In this document: positions 29,047-38,938 of the stretch, piece by piece
How the letters are laid out: the number at the start of each line of letters is the position of its first letter
How positions within the stretch are numbered: the first letter of the stretch is position 1
From: an uncultured Azospirillaceae bacterium
GTDB lineage: Bacteria; Pseudomonadota; Alphaproteobacteria; Rickettsiales; UBA3002
Direction of reading: 5' to 3'
NCBI GenBank assembly: GCA_964342335.1
Contig: CAYFFN010000001.1
Location: 1-54,896 of the forward strand
DNA: 54,896 nt
Position numbers and translations under genes: made by a program
Notes under the pieces: model-generated
Database searches by the model: none
What the model saw: the letters and a program-made list of their open reading frames with translations, nothing else
What the model was told of the DNA's origin: nothing

Positions 29047-29595
29047 ATGTCTGACTTGGAAATGAATAAGATTGCCGCAGCCGTACTGCTCGCAGGCGTG
29101 ATTGGTATGACCACCAGCAAAGTAACCGACATTCTCTACGTGACGGATGCGGTAGCCGAGGTAGGACATCATGATGATGAGAAGGTCGTGCGCGGCTATG
29201 AGATTGAAGTAGCCGAAGCAAGCGACCATGCTGGCGGTGAAGAGAAGCCTCAAGGCGCTCCTGATATCACCGAAATGCTAGCCGCAGCCGATGCTGCCGC
29301 TGGTGAAGCCTTCTTCATGAAGCGCTGCGCAACGTGCCACACCTATGAAACAGGTGCAGGCAACAAAATCGGCCCGAACCTGCATGGCGCATTTGGCCGT
29401 GGCAAAGGCGCACTGGGTGACTTTAAATATTCTTCTGCCATGGCAGAAAAAGGCGGAAGCTGGAACGAGGAAACCCTCAACCAGTTCCTCTACAAGCCGA
29501 AAAAGTGGATGCCGGGTACTATCATGGCCTATGCGGGTATCAGCAAAGACCAAGACCGTGCGGACGTTATCGCTTACCTGAAGTCGATTAAGTAA
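29047..29595 (+). CDS. cycM: Membrane-anchored class I cytochrome c (CycM-like)
   Basis: N-terminal TM anchor (AAAVLLAGVIGMTT), heme motif CATCH, and a distal Met region PGTIMAY. Confidence 0.8.
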   Translation: MSDLEMNKIAAAVLLAGVIGMTTSKVTDILYVTDAVAEVGHHDDEKVVRGYEIEVAEASDHAGGEEKPQGAPDITEMLAAADAAAGEAFFMKRCATCHTYETGAGNKIGPNLHGAFGRGKGALGDFKYSSAMAEKGGSWNEETLNQFLYKPKKWMPGTIMAYAGISKDQDRADVIAYLKSIK

Positions 29596-30056
29596 TGGAA
29601 GGGCTCGCACCCTCCTATCTTTGGCTTATTTTTGCGGCAGTTTTTCTCGCATTGGAGGCATTTGGCCTCCCAGGTATCGGACTCTTCTTTGCGGGCATCG
29701 CTGCCCTTATCACTGGATTGCTGGTCGAATATGGTGCGATTGCGGGCGATGATTATATCCTGCAATTTGGTAGCTTCCTCGTGCTCACCGCAGTGACTGC
29801 GGGGCTACTCTGGAAGCAAATGCAACGCTGGCGCACCAACCCCAAGGCAGATGGCGAATTCAACAATATGGTAGGCAGCGAAGCCACCGTGCTCGAAGGC
29901 GGCTTGCATAAAGGCAAGCGCGGCAAGGCCAAATGGTCTGGCACTATCATGAGTGCTGAGCTTTCTGCCGATGCCGCCATAGACACAGTCGAAGAAGGCA
30001 CTATCGTGCAGATTCTAGCTGTGAAAGGAACCTGCTTAATCGTTGCGCCGTGCTAG
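29595..30056 (+). CDS. NfeD-family membrane protein
   Basis: Three hydrophobic segments followed by a soluble OB-like C terminus (GKAKWSGTIMSAEL...VKGTCLIV). Sits immediately upstream of an SPFH gene. Its start overlaps the cycM stop (TAATG). Confidence 0.8.
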   Translation: MEGLAPSYLWLIFAAVFLALEAFGLPGIGLFFAGIAALITGLLVEYGAIAGDDYILQFGSFLVLTAVTAGLLWKQMQRWRTNPKADGEFNNMVGSEATVLEGGLHKGKRGKAKWSGTIMSAELSADAAIDTVEEGTIVQILAVKGTCLIVAPC

Positions 30057-30099
30057 GCTTTTGCTAGCTTCAACCCTGTAATTACACAGGGAGGTGTAT

Positions 30100-31056
30100 A
30101 TGTTTGGTTCTGCTTTATTTCTCGTTGTTGGTGTTTTTGTCGCACTGATTATTTTCAAAGGCGTCAAAATCGTTCCGCAACAAAGCGCGTGGGTTATCGA
30201 AAAGCTCGGTCGTTTTGACCGCGTGTTGGAGCCCGGCCTCAATATCCTCATACCCTTCATCGAGCGCGTGGCCTACAAGCATTCCCTCAAAGAATTCGCC
30301 TTTGACGTGCAAGAACAAACCGCTATCACCCGCGATAACGTAACCCTCGTGCTGGATGGTTTGATTTACGTGCGCGTCATTGATGCGAAAGAAGCCTCTT
30401 ACGGCGTGTCTGATCCCGTCTATGCCGTAACCCAACTGGCGCAAACCACTATGCGTTCAGAGATTGGTAAACTCGCGCTGGATGAATGTTTTGAAGAGCG
30501 CGAACAGCTCAACGCCAATATCGTCAACGCCATTAACGATGCCGCGCAAACCTGGGGCATCCAATGCATGCGCTACGAAATCAAGAACATCACCCCGCCC
30601 GCTACCGTGCTAAAAGCGATGGAAATGCAGGTGGCGGCTGAGCGCAAAAAACGCGCAGAGATTCTGGATTCCGAAGGCGTACGTCAGTCTAAAATCAACA
30701 TCGCCGAAGGGGATAAGCAAGAGATTGTCTTAGAATCCGAAGCGGCAATGACCGACCAAATCAACCGCGCAAAAGGGGAAGCCGAAGCGATCCGTGAAGT
30801 AGCAAAAGCCACCTCCGAAGGGATTGAAATTGTCGCTGCCGCGATTGAAAAGACAGGCGGCGAAAAAGCCGTGGCGCTCAAAATCGCGGAGCAATATGTG
30901 GCCGCCTTCTCCAAGCTGGCGCAGCAATCTACTACGGTGCTGCTGCCCGCCAATGCGGGTGATGCAGGTAGCATGGTTGCCCAAGCGCTCACCGTGTTTG
31001 ATAGCATCAAATCGGGCAAAGCCCCAGCATCTCCGTGGCAATCCAACGACGCATAA
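30100..31056 (+). CDS. SPFH/band-7 (stomatin/paraslipin-like) protein
   Basis: N-terminal TM, then VPQQSAWVIEKLGRF, TRDNV, AERKKRAEILDSEG. ATG at 30100 has a GGGAGG SD 6 nt upstream; the track starts at the GTG at 30094. Confidence 0.9.
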   Translation: MFGSALFLVVGVFVALIIFKGVKIVPQQSAWVIEKLGRFDRVLEPGLNILIPFIERVAYKHSLKEFAFDVQEQTAITRDNVTLVLDGLIYVRVIDAKEASYGVSDPVYAVTQLAQTTMRSEIGKLALDECFEEREQLNANIVNAINDAAQTWGIQCMRYEIKNITPPATVLKAMEMQVAAERKKRAEILDSEGVRQSKINIAEGDKQEIVLESEAAMTDQINRAKGEAEAIREVAKATSEGIEIVAAAIEKTGGEKAVALKIAEQYVAAFSKLAQQSTTVLLPANAGDAGSMVAQALTVFDSIKSGKAPASPWQSNDA

Positions 31057-32861
31057 TCGCGCCGCTTGTTTGCTTATTACTGAGCGTTAACGCGCCGTCA
31101 GTAATGGCAGCGCCGCAAGCCGCCTATAGTCTATTTGGCACGCCCAAATACGCTAAAGGTTTCACGCATTTTGACTATGTGAACCCCGATGCCCCCAAAG
31201 GCGGCACGCTGCGACTCAGCCATCCTGTCGCGTTTGATTCGCTCAACGGCTTCATCATCAAAGGCGTGACGGCACCGGGCATCAGCCTCATCTACCAACC
31301 GCTCATGGCCTCTTCCGCCGATGAGCCGCAAAGCGTCTATAGCGCCATTGCGCAAACCATCGATATTCGTAGCGGCGGCAAAGAAATTCGCTTCCGTCTA
31401 AACCCCAAAGCGCGCTGGCACGATGGCGAACCCATTACCGCTGAGGATGTGGTCTTCACGTTCGAAACTTTGAAAGAGAAAGGCCACCCGCAATACCGCA
31501 TTCTCTATCACGATGTCGAAAAGGCCGAAGCGCTATCGCCACGTGAGGTGCGCTTCACCATCAGCAACACCGAAAACCGTGAATTGCCGCTCTTACTCTC
31601 TGGCTTGTATGTCTTGCCCAAGCATTATTACGACACGCATGACTTCGGAAAAACCACATTAGAGCCACCCCTCGGTAGCGGGCCCTATAAAGTTGCCGAG
31701 GTCGATCAAGGCCGCTCTATCACCTACGAGCGCGTGCAAGATTTCTGGGGCAAGGATCTGCCTGTCTATATCGGTAAAAATAATTTCGATGTGATTCGTT
31801 ACGATGTATTTCGCGATGAAACCGTATCGCTCGAAGGCATCAAGTCTGGCCGCTACGATTTTCGTGAAGAGTTCATCGCCCGCAATTGGGCCACGGCCTA
31901 CGATATTCCCGCCGTGGCAAGTGGTGAGCTGATTAAAGTCAAAATCCCGAACAAGATTCCCAGCGGCATGCAGGCGTTTCTGTTCAACACCCGATTGGAT
32001 AAATTCTCCGATGCCCGCGTGCGCGAGGCGATTGGCCTCACCATGGATTTCGAATGGATGAACCGCGTGTTGTTTTATGGGGCCTATAATCGCAGCCAAA
32101 GCTTCTTTCAGAACACCGATATGATGGCAACCGGCCTGCCCAGCGAAAGTGAACTCAAGCTGCTAGAGTCGTATAAAGATTCCCTCCCGCCGCGCCTCTT
32201 TACCGAGCCCTTCCGCATCCCTGTCACCGATGGCAGCGGCCATACCCGCGAGATGCTCATCCGCGCGCAAGAGCTGCTCAATGATGCAGGCTGGGTGATG
32301 CGCGATGGCGTGCGTGTGAACGCCAAAACCGGCGAGCCCCTCACCATCGAATTTATGATGCGCCAGCGCACCTTTGAGCGCGTCATCGGCATGATGCAGA
32401 AGAACCTCAAGCGTCTCGGCATCGCATCCAGCTTCCGCTACGTGGACGATTCACAATACCAAAAGCGCATTGATAGCCGCGACTTTGACGTGATTTCCAT
32501 CTGGTGGAATCTCGGCATCCACTTCCCCGGCAATGAGCAAAAAGGCTTCTGGCACAGCGCACAAGCAGACGTGCAAGGCGGCAACAATTATAGCGGCCTC
32601 AAAAACCCGGCCGTTGATGCGGTGCTGGATAAACTCACCTCCGCGAAAGATTTGGAGCAACTCACCACCGCCGCGCACGCGCTCGATAGGGTGCTGCTGT
32701 GGAACCATGTCGTCATTCCGCATTGGTATTTGGGTGCGTGGCGCGTGGCCTATTGGGACAAGTTTGGCAAACCCGACATCACCCCCGATTACGATATCTC
32801 GCTCGATAGCTGGTGGGATAAATCGCTAGAGCCAGTAACACACGAGGAGGCCGCGCCATGA
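31035..32861 (+). CDS. yejA: ABC transporter periplasmic substrate-binding protein, family 5 (YejA-like)
   Basis: 608 aa with a signal peptide (LVCLLLSVNAPSVMA). First gene of a yejABEF-type array. GTG start; overlaps the SPFH gene by 22 nt. Confidence 0.75.
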   Translation: MAIQRRIIAPLVCLLLSVNAPSVMAAPQAAYSLFGTPKYAKGFTHFDYVNPDAPKGGTLRLSHPVAFDSLNGFIIKGVTAPGISLIYQPLMASSADEPQSVYSAIAQTIDIRSGGKEIRFRLNPKARWHDGEPITAEDVVFTFETLKEKGHPQYRILYHDVEKAEALSPREVRFTISNTENRELPLLLSGLYVLPKHYYDTHDFGKTTLEPPLGSGPYKVAEVDQGRSITYERVQDFWGKDLPVYIGKNNFDVIRYDVFRDETVSLEGIKSGRYDFREEFIARNWATAYDIPAVASGELIKVKIPNKIPSGMQAFLFNTRLDKFSDARVREAIGLTMDFEWMNRVLFYGAYNRSQSFFQNTDMMATGLPSESELKLLESYKDSLPPRLFTEPFRIPVTDGSGHTREMLIRAQELLNDAGWVMRDGVRVNAKTGEPLTIEFMMRQRTFERVIGMMQKNLKRLGIASSFRYVDDSQYQKRIDSRDFDVISIWWNLGIHFPGNEQKGFWHSAQADVQGGNNYSGLKNPAVDAVLDKLTSAKDLEQLTTAAHALDRVLLWNHVVIPHWYLGAWRVAYWDKFGKPDITPDYDISLDSWWDKSLEPVTHEEAAP

Positions 32862-33967
32862 TGCTTTATATCCTCCGCCGTTTGGCGCTCATCGTGCCTA
32901 CCTTGCTCGGCATCATGTTGCTCAATTTCATCATCGTGCAGGCTGCGCCGGGTGGCCCTGTCGAGCAGCTTGTGATTAAACTCACCGACCCTGCGGGCCA
33001 AGCGCAATCGCAAGCTTCTGGCCGCGTCTCCGGCCCCGCGGGCGATATGGGAAATGCCTCCAGCACCGCAGGCAGCACCAACCCGCAAGCCTATCGCGGC
33101 TCGCGCGGGCTAGACCCCGAACTCATCGCCGATATCGAAAAGATGTACGGCTTTGATAAACCCCCGCACGAGCGCTTCCTCAAAATGCTGGGCGACTATA
33201 TACGCCTCGATTTTGGCACCAGCTTCTTCCGCGATGAACCAGTCGTGGATTTGATTTTAGAGAAGATGCCCGTCTCCATCTCGCTCGGCATCTGGACGAC
33301 CCTGCTCGTCTATCTCATCTCCATCCCGCTCGGCATCCGCAAGGCACTGCATGACGGCACGCGCTTTGATGCATGGACCAGCGCCGTCATCGTACTCGGC
33401 CAAGCCATTCCGAGTTTCCTCTTCGCCATTCTGCTCATCATCCTGTTTGCGGGTGGCAGCTATGTGCAATGGTTCCCGCTGCAAGGGCTCGTCTCCGATA
33501 ATTGGGAGTCGATGAGCTGGCCCGCACGCATCCTCGACTATCTCTGGCATATGGTGCTACCCATCTCTGCCATGGTCATTGGCGGCTTTGCGTCCCTCAC
33601 CATGCTAACCAAAAACAGCTTCATTGAGGAAATCAGCAAGCAATATACCCTCACCGCCCGCGCCAAAGGTTTGGGTGAGCAGAAGGTGCTATACAGCCAT
33701 GTCTTCCGCAACGCGATGCTGATTATCATCGCAGGGATTCCAAGCGCATTGCTGAGCATTCTCTTCACTTCGTCTCTGCTTATTGAAGTGATTTTCTCCC
33801 TTGATGGGCTTGGCTTGCTCGGCTTCGAAGCGGCACTCTCGCGTGATTACCCCGTCATCTTCGGCACGCTCTTTTTATTCACGCTGCTCGGGCTCATCTT
33901 CAAACTCATCGGCGACCTCACCTATGTATGGGTAGACCCGCGCATCGATTTCGAGAGGAGACTCTGA
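32858..33967 (+). CDS. yejB: ABC transporter permease (YejB-like)
   Basis: 369 aa. The long periplasmic loop after TM1, DFGTSFF, and the EAA-type loop (TARAKGLGEQKVLYSHVFRNA) are typical of Dpp/Opp/YejB permeases. Confidence 0.85.
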   Translation: MMLYILRRLALIVPTLLGIMLLNFIIVQAAPGGPVEQLVIKLTDPAGQAQSQASGRVSGPAGDMGNASSTAGSTNPQAYRGSRGLDPELIADIEKMYGFDKPPHERFLKMLGDYIRLDFGTSFFRDEPVVDLILEKMPVSISLGIWTTLLVYLISIPLGIRKALHDGTRFDAWTSAVIVLGQAIPSFLFAILLIILFAGGSYVQWFPLQGLVSDNWESMSWPARILDYLWHMVLPISAMVIGGFASLTMLTKNSFIEEISKQYTLTARAKGLGEQKVLYSHVFRNAMLIIIAGIPSALLSILFTSSLLIEVIFSLDGLGLLGFEAALSRDYPVIFGTLFLFTLLGLIFKLIGDLTYVWVDPRIDFERRL

Positions 33968-35004
33968 TGGCTCTCTCTCCTCTCACACAGCGACGCTGGG
34001 CGCTCTTCAAAGCCAACCGCCGTGGCTATTGGTCGCTCTGGATTTTCTGCATCCTGTTTGGCATCAGTCTCGTGGCCGAAGGCATCGCGAACGATAAACC
34101 GCTTTTGGTTTCCTATAAGGGCGAACTGCTCTTCCCGATTGTGAGCACCTATATCGAGAAGGACACGTTCGGCGGCACGCTGGAGAGCGAGGCCGATTAC
34201 ACTGACCCATGGGTGCGCGAAGAGATTAAAGCAAACGGTTGGATGATTGAGCCACTCCTCGCCTATGATTTCCAAACCATCAATTACAATCTGCAACGCG
34301 CCCCCAGCGCGCCGGATTGGACCAATCTACTCGGCACCGACGACCAAGGGCGGGACGTGCTCGCGCGCGTCATTTATGGCTTCCGCATCTCACTGCTCTT
34401 CGCGCTCACCCTCACGCTTTTCTCCAGCATCATCGGCATCGCCCTCGGCGCGATACAAGGCTATTTCGGTGGAAAAACCGATCTTATATTGCAGCGTTTC
34501 ATCGAGATTTGGCAGGGTATGCCCGTGCTGTTTTTGCTCATCATTCTCGCCAGCATCATCGAGCCAAACTTCTGGTGGCTGCTCGGCCTAATGCTGCTCT
34601 TCTCTTGGATGGCGTTGGTGGATGTGGTGCGCGCCGAGTTCCTTCGCGCGCGCAATTTTGACTATGTGCGCGCCGCAAAGCTGCTTGGCGTTGGCGAGCT
34701 GACGATTATTTGGCGGCATGTGCTACCCAACGCCATGGTCTCCGTCTTCACCTTCATGCCGTTCATTGTCACCGGCGCGATTACCACACTCACCTCACTC
34801 GACTTCTTAGGCTTCGGCTTGCCTCCCGGCTCGCCTTCCCTCGGTGAGTTGCTCGCACAGGGCAAGAACAACCCGCAATCGCCGTGGCTTGGCCTCACCG
34901 CCTTCTTCGTACTCGCTTTGCTGCTGAGCTTACTCATCTTTATCGGAGAGGCTGCACGTGACGCCTTCAACCCGCGCAAAACCCTCAAAGCGGAGGCGCT
35001 ATGA
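33967..35004 (+). CDS. yejE: ABC transporter permease (YejE-like)
   Basis: LGTDDQGRDVLARVIYG motif and an EAA loop (YVRAAKLLGVGELTIIWRHVLPN). ATG at 33967 overlaps the yejB TGA by 1 nt. Confidence 0.85.
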   Translation: MALSPLTQRRWALFKANRRGYWSLWIFCILFGISLVAEGIANDKPLLVSYKGELLFPIVSTYIEKDTFGGTLESEADYTDPWVREEIKANGWMIEPLLAYDFQTINYNLQRAPSAPDWTNLLGTDDQGRDVLARVIYGFRISLLFALTLTLFSSIIGIALGAIQGYFGGKTDLILQRFIEIWQGMPVLFLLIILASIIEPNFWWLLGLMLLFSWMALVDVVRAEFLRARNFDYVRAAKLLGVGELTIIWRHVLPNAMVSVFTFMPFIVTGAITTLTSLDFLGFGLPPGSPSLGELLAQGKNNPQSPWLGLTAFFVLALLLSLLIFIGEAARDAFNPRKTLKAEAL

Positions 35005-36587
35005 GCAAGTTGCTACAACTCAAAGATATGCGCATCGCCTTCGGCAAGAATCAGGTGGTCAAAGGCGTGAACTTATCCCTGCACGCGGGCGAAACATTGA
35101 GCCTTGTGGGGGAGAGCGGCTCGGGCAAATCGGTGACGGCACTCAGCATCCTCAAGCTCATTGAGAGCGGCAACGCGCAGATTTCTGGTGAAGTATATTT
35201 CAACGAGTCACCGCTCCATACCGCCACTGACAAACAATTGCGCGCCATTCGCGGCAATGATATCGGCATGATATTCCAAGAGCCGATGACCGCGCTCAAC
35301 CCGCTGCACAATATCGGCAAACAAATCGCCGAACCGCTCTCCATTCACCAGAAGCTGAGCAAAGTCGCAACGCTGGAGCGCATTCACGAACTGCTCGAAA
35401 TGGTAGGGCTCAGCCATATGCAAAACCGCCTCGATGCTTATCCGCACCAGCTCTCCGGCGGCGAGCGTCAGCGCGTGATGATTGCCATGGCGATGGCAAA
35501 CAACCCCAAGCTGCTCATCGCGGACGAACCCACGACGGCGCTAGACGTGAGTCTGCAACGCCACATTCTACAACTCCTCAAAAAGCTGCAAAAAGAGCAT
35601 GGGCTGGCGATGCTGTTCATCACGCATGATTTGCCGCTCGTGCGCAAAATCTCCGACCGCGTGGCGGTGATGCGCCACGGCGAAATTGTCGAAGAGAACG
35701 ACACCAAAAGCCTCTTCGCCAACCCGCAACATTATTACACGCAAAGCCTGCTCGGTGCAGAGGCCTCCGGCGCGCCAAGAGCGGTGAAGGACGAAGCGGA
35801 AGCCGTGCTAGAAGCGGGCCCACTCAAACTCACCTACGGCAAACCACCGCGCTGGTATCGCCCCAAATCACGCGAGAAACATGCGCTGCAATCGGTGAGC
35901 CTCTCCCTCAAACAAGGCGAGACACTCGGCGTGGTCGGCGAGAGCGGCTCGGGAAAAACCAGCTTGGCGCTTAGCCTGTTGCGGATGATTCCCGTCCAAG
36001 GCCCTGTAGTGTTTTTAGGACGCGATATAACCACCCTATCTTCCCGCGCGATGCGTGCCCTGCGTGGTGACATTCAATATGTCTTCCAAGACCCGTTTGG
36101 CAGCCTCAATCCGCGCATGACCGTCGGTGATATTATCGGTGAGGGCTTACACATCCACACGCCAGAATTGGATAAAGCCGCACGCGAAATGCGCATTCTT
36201 GATATGCTAGAGAAAGTCGGTTTAGAGCCGGAAATGCTCCATCGCTACCCACATGAATTTAGCGGTGGGCAGCGCCAGCGCATCGCCATTGCGCGCACCA
36301 TGATTCTGCAGCCCAAGCTGGTGATTCTCGATGAGCCCACCAGCGCACTCGACCTCACCCTGCAAGCACAAATCATCGAGCTGCTACGCAGCTTCCAAGA
36401 GAGCTACGGCATCTCCTATATTTTCATCAGCCATGACTTGCGCGTCGTGCGCGCGATGAGCCACCGCTTGATGGTGTTAAAGAATGGGGAAGTCGTAGAA
36501 GAAGGAGAAAGCGAAACGCTCTATGAAAACCCGCAGCACCCTTACACGCTTAGCTTAATGCAAGCGGCCTACGACGAAGTATTGTAG
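35001..36587 (+). CDS. yejF: ABC transporter ATP-binding protein with two fused ATPase domains (YejF-like)
   Basis: Two Walker A motifs (GESGSGKS, GESGSGKT), two LSGG signatures (LSGGERQR, FSGGQRQR) and two Walker B motifs (LLIADEPT, LVILDEPT). Confidence 0.9.
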   Translation: MSKLLQLKDMRIAFGKNQVVKGVNLSLHAGETLSLVGESGSGKSVTALSILKLIESGNAQISGEVYFNESPLHTATDKQLRAIRGNDIGMIFQEPMTALNPLHNIGKQIAEPLSIHQKLSKVATLERIHELLEMVGLSHMQNRLDAYPHQLSGGERQRVMIAMAMANNPKLLIADEPTTALDVSLQRHILQLLKKLQKEHGLAMLFITHDLPLVRKISDRVAVMRHGEIVEENDTKSLFANPQHYYTQSLLGAEASGAPRAVKDEAEAVLEAGPLKLTYGKPPRWYRPKSREKHALQSVSLSLKQGETLGVVGESGSGKTSLALSLLRMIPVQGPVVFLGRDITTLSSRAMRALRGDIQYVFQDPFGSLNPRMTVGDIIGEGLHIHTPELDKAAREMRILDMLEKVGLEPEMLHRYPHEFSGGQRQRIAIARTMILQPKLVILDEPTSALDLTLQAQIIELLRSFQESYGISYIFISHDLRVVRAMSHRLMVLKNGEVVEEGESETLYENPQHPYTLSLMQAAYDEVL

Positions 36588-38144
36588 TTAGGCGTGGCCT
36601 AGTGCCGTCTCGCGTACGGTTAATTTTTCATGATGTGATTCATGTGTTGTCACTTCCTTGTGAGGCAACGTATCTGTTTTGTTTAATGCTGTATCATTGA
36701 GATTTCCGCCCATACCAACCGATACTGCTTTACTGCTCTCCGCTAGATTTTCCTTGGACGGTTTGTTATCTAACGCATCCAGTGACACAGGATATTCGGC
36801 GATAATTTCCTTCAAATCACTTCCGGCGTAATACATTTTCTCCGCTTCTTTTACCGAGTCCATACCGTGCAAATTGGCAATCTCCACAAACATAAGCGTG
36901 CAAGCGGGGTCCTTCGGGCTGATAAGGTCATGGCCGAGTAAATACACAAATTTCGGCAAGGTAAAGTTAGCGCTGGCAACAGGGCGGCCCGTTTCATCGT
37001 CCAGCTCGGTCACATGTTTATAGTTGTAAGTCAAATTCATCAACTCGGTCATGCGTGCAAAAATAGGTTCACTCTTTGCCCAAATACTTGCATCCGTCGG
37101 GTCATTCGCAATGAGCGTGCGGAATGCCTTCTCCGGCGAGAATTTCGTCATATATTGTTGATAGAAATTGATCAAATCTCCCATAACAATAGGGTCGCTG
37201 ATACCAAACTCAGGGTTCAATTTGTCGTTCACGAAATAGTTGAGACTCTCCAACATCGTCGGCTTGCGGCCCCATACATCGTTAAACCACATAAGGCCTT
37301 TCGCACCAATCGCGAGGTCACTGGCTGACATCCAACGAAATGGAATACGCAGGAAAAAGAGCAAATCTGTCCCAAAGCGCTGCTTCAATTTATTTTGATA
37401 ATTCCGGTTGGTGCTTTGAATAATACGATTCGAGCTATGCTTAATATCGTCAAAGGTGATACTCTCAAGCGGCTTACCCGTCTCATAGGATACCACTTCA
37501 CTGTAGAGGCGCATCATATCTTCCCGCGCGCGCTCGCTCACCATGTAAGACATATAGACACTCGCTGCGCCCAAGCTCAAATCATAGCCATAATTGAAAC
37601 CCATCGTATCGACGCTTTGTAAAATACCGCGACGTGATTGGTTAGTAACCGATGGTTTCTTGCCGTCATTGCCATGCACTAATGCATACTCAATCAAGTT
37701 GTTCGTGTTACGAGCCGCACCAACTTTTTGCATATGCCCCTTGATGCTGCTGTAAAGTTCTCGCCCAGACTCGGTTTTACGCAGTCCGCGAACCATTTCG
37801 TCTTTAGGCAAGTTACGAATACGGGCAATGTCTTCCGCATATGTACTGCTGTTGAGCAGTGTATCGATTTTCTGCACCGCCCTCTCAGAAAACGGCTTCG
37901 TGAAATGGTGGGTAATGCTTTCCTTAACCGTCTCCGGCAGACTTGCATCGGTCATTGTGTGGAACAAGCCACGCAACAAATAACGTGCAGGGAGTAACGT
38001 AAGGCCAATACGTACATCGGTAGGCGTAGCGCCAGGAACATATTTAGGGGTCGTATGCAAAGGATTATTATCGTCGCGCGAGCGAACATAACGTTCCTTT
38101 TTCGGAATCGGCTTTAGATTATCTGTGTTTACATAATCGTCCAT
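36588..38144 (-). CDS. Hypothetical protein, 518 aa, no family recognised
   Basis: Long uninterrupted ORF with an ATG start and AAGG upstream. Hydrophilic N terminus, with no signal peptide or clear TM. GC is visibly lower than its neighbours: 45 of 100 nt at 37021-37120, against 56 of 100 nt at 36301-36400 in yejF. Confidence 0.6.
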   Translation of the reverse strand: MDDYVNTDNLKPIPKKERYVRSRDDNNPLHTTPKYVPGATPTDVRIGLTLLPARYLLRGLFHTMTDASLPETVKESITHHFTKPFSERAVQKIDTLLNSSTYAEDIARIRNLPKDEMVRGLRKTESGRELYSSIKGHMQKVGAARNTNNLIEYALVHGNDGKKPSVTNQSRRGILQSVDTMGFNYGYDLSLGAASVYMSYMVSERAREDMMRLYSEVVSYETGKPLESITFDDIKHSSNRIIQSTNRNYQNKLKQRFGTDLLFFLRIPFRWMSASDLAIGAKGLMWFNDVWGRKPTMLESLNYFVNDKLNPEFGISDPIVMGDLINFYQQYMTKFSPEKAFRTLIANDPTDASIWAKSEPIFARMTELMNLTYNYKHVTELDDETGRPVASANFTLPKFVYLLGHDLISPKDPACTLMFVEIANLHGMDSVKEAEKMYYAGSDLKEIIAEYPVSLDALDNKPSKENLAESSKAVSVGMGGNLNDTALNKTDTLPHKEVTTHESHHEKLTVRETALGHA

Positions 38145-38178
38145 GCTTTGCCTTGCGGTGTTATATTACCACGCTTCT

Positions 38179-38184
38179 ATTATA
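38179..38184 (-). promoter_or_regulatory. Candidate -10 box (TATAAT on the minus strand) for the orphan gene
   Basis: The plus strand reads attata at 38179-38184, 34 nt upstream of the ATG at 38144, inside a 104-nt AT-rich spacer. No convincing -35 box. Confidence 0.25.
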
Positions 38185-38248
38185 CAGATTCGTAGGCAGA
38201 AGAATGTGAAGATTCTATGACGATATAATAGTTAAGTTGTTCTATTAT

Positions 38249-38932
38249 CTAGAAAATGGCGTGGATTATATGCGCGCCAAACAGCAAAATGAGCGTCGTG
38301 AGCACAACCCCGGCAATCCCTATCAAACAGCCGATAAACACGGTCACCCCATCCTTACTCAACAAACCCAGCGACATGATGAGCGTGCCAAGGCCGGGAA
38401 TAAAGTTCGTCCATGGCAGCGGAATGGCGATGCTGATCGCAAAAATCATACAGAAAACGCCAATGATTTTCTCACCCGTTTCGGTCGCGGCGAAAGTCCA
38501 ACGCGGCCGCATCAGCTTCTCGATACGCTTGAGCCTCGGCGCCGCGGTTTGAATCACACGTGCAACGGTTAGGCGCTTCATTTTTCGGTTTTCAATCCAT
38601 GTCGGCAGCCATGCGGAATCACGCCCCATAATCATCTGCGCGGCGATAAACACCATCGGCACCGCAAACAAGCTCGTCACACCTGGCGGGAGTGGAATCG
38701 GCACACTATTGGGAAGTACAAAAATCACCATCAAAAGGCCAAAGCCGCGCTCATGCAGCGCATACATCAGCTCGCCAATCGTCACATAATCGCTGGAATA
38801 GCCCGACATCGCATCGGAAAGCACATCCGAAGCGGGGCGGTTAGAGCGTTTCTTTCGTAAGCGTTTAATGACCATTGCGCGAAGATTATAAGATAAAACT
38901 CTGCGCGCTTCTAGCGCAAACTGATGCTGCAT
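38249..38932 (-). CDS. exoD: ExoD-family membrane protein (exopolysaccharide synthesis ExoD)
   Basis: ERGFGLLMVIFVLPNSVPIPLPPGVTSLFAVPMVFIAAQMIMGRDSAWLPTWI matches the ExoD family pattern. An alternative start lies at 38875. Confidence 0.75.
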   Translation of the reverse strand: MQHQFALEARRVLSYNLRAMVIKRLRKKRSNRPASDVLSDAMSGYSSDYVTIGELMYALHERGFGLLMVIFVLPNSVPIPLPPGVTSLFAVPMVFIAAQMIMGRDSAWLPTWIENRKMKRLTVARVIQTAAPRLKRIEKLMRPRWTFAATETGEKIIGVFCMIFAISIAIPLPWTNFIPGLGTLIMSLGLLSKDGVTVFIGCLIGIAGVVLTTLILLFGAHIIHAIF

Positions 38933-38938
38933 TGCGGC

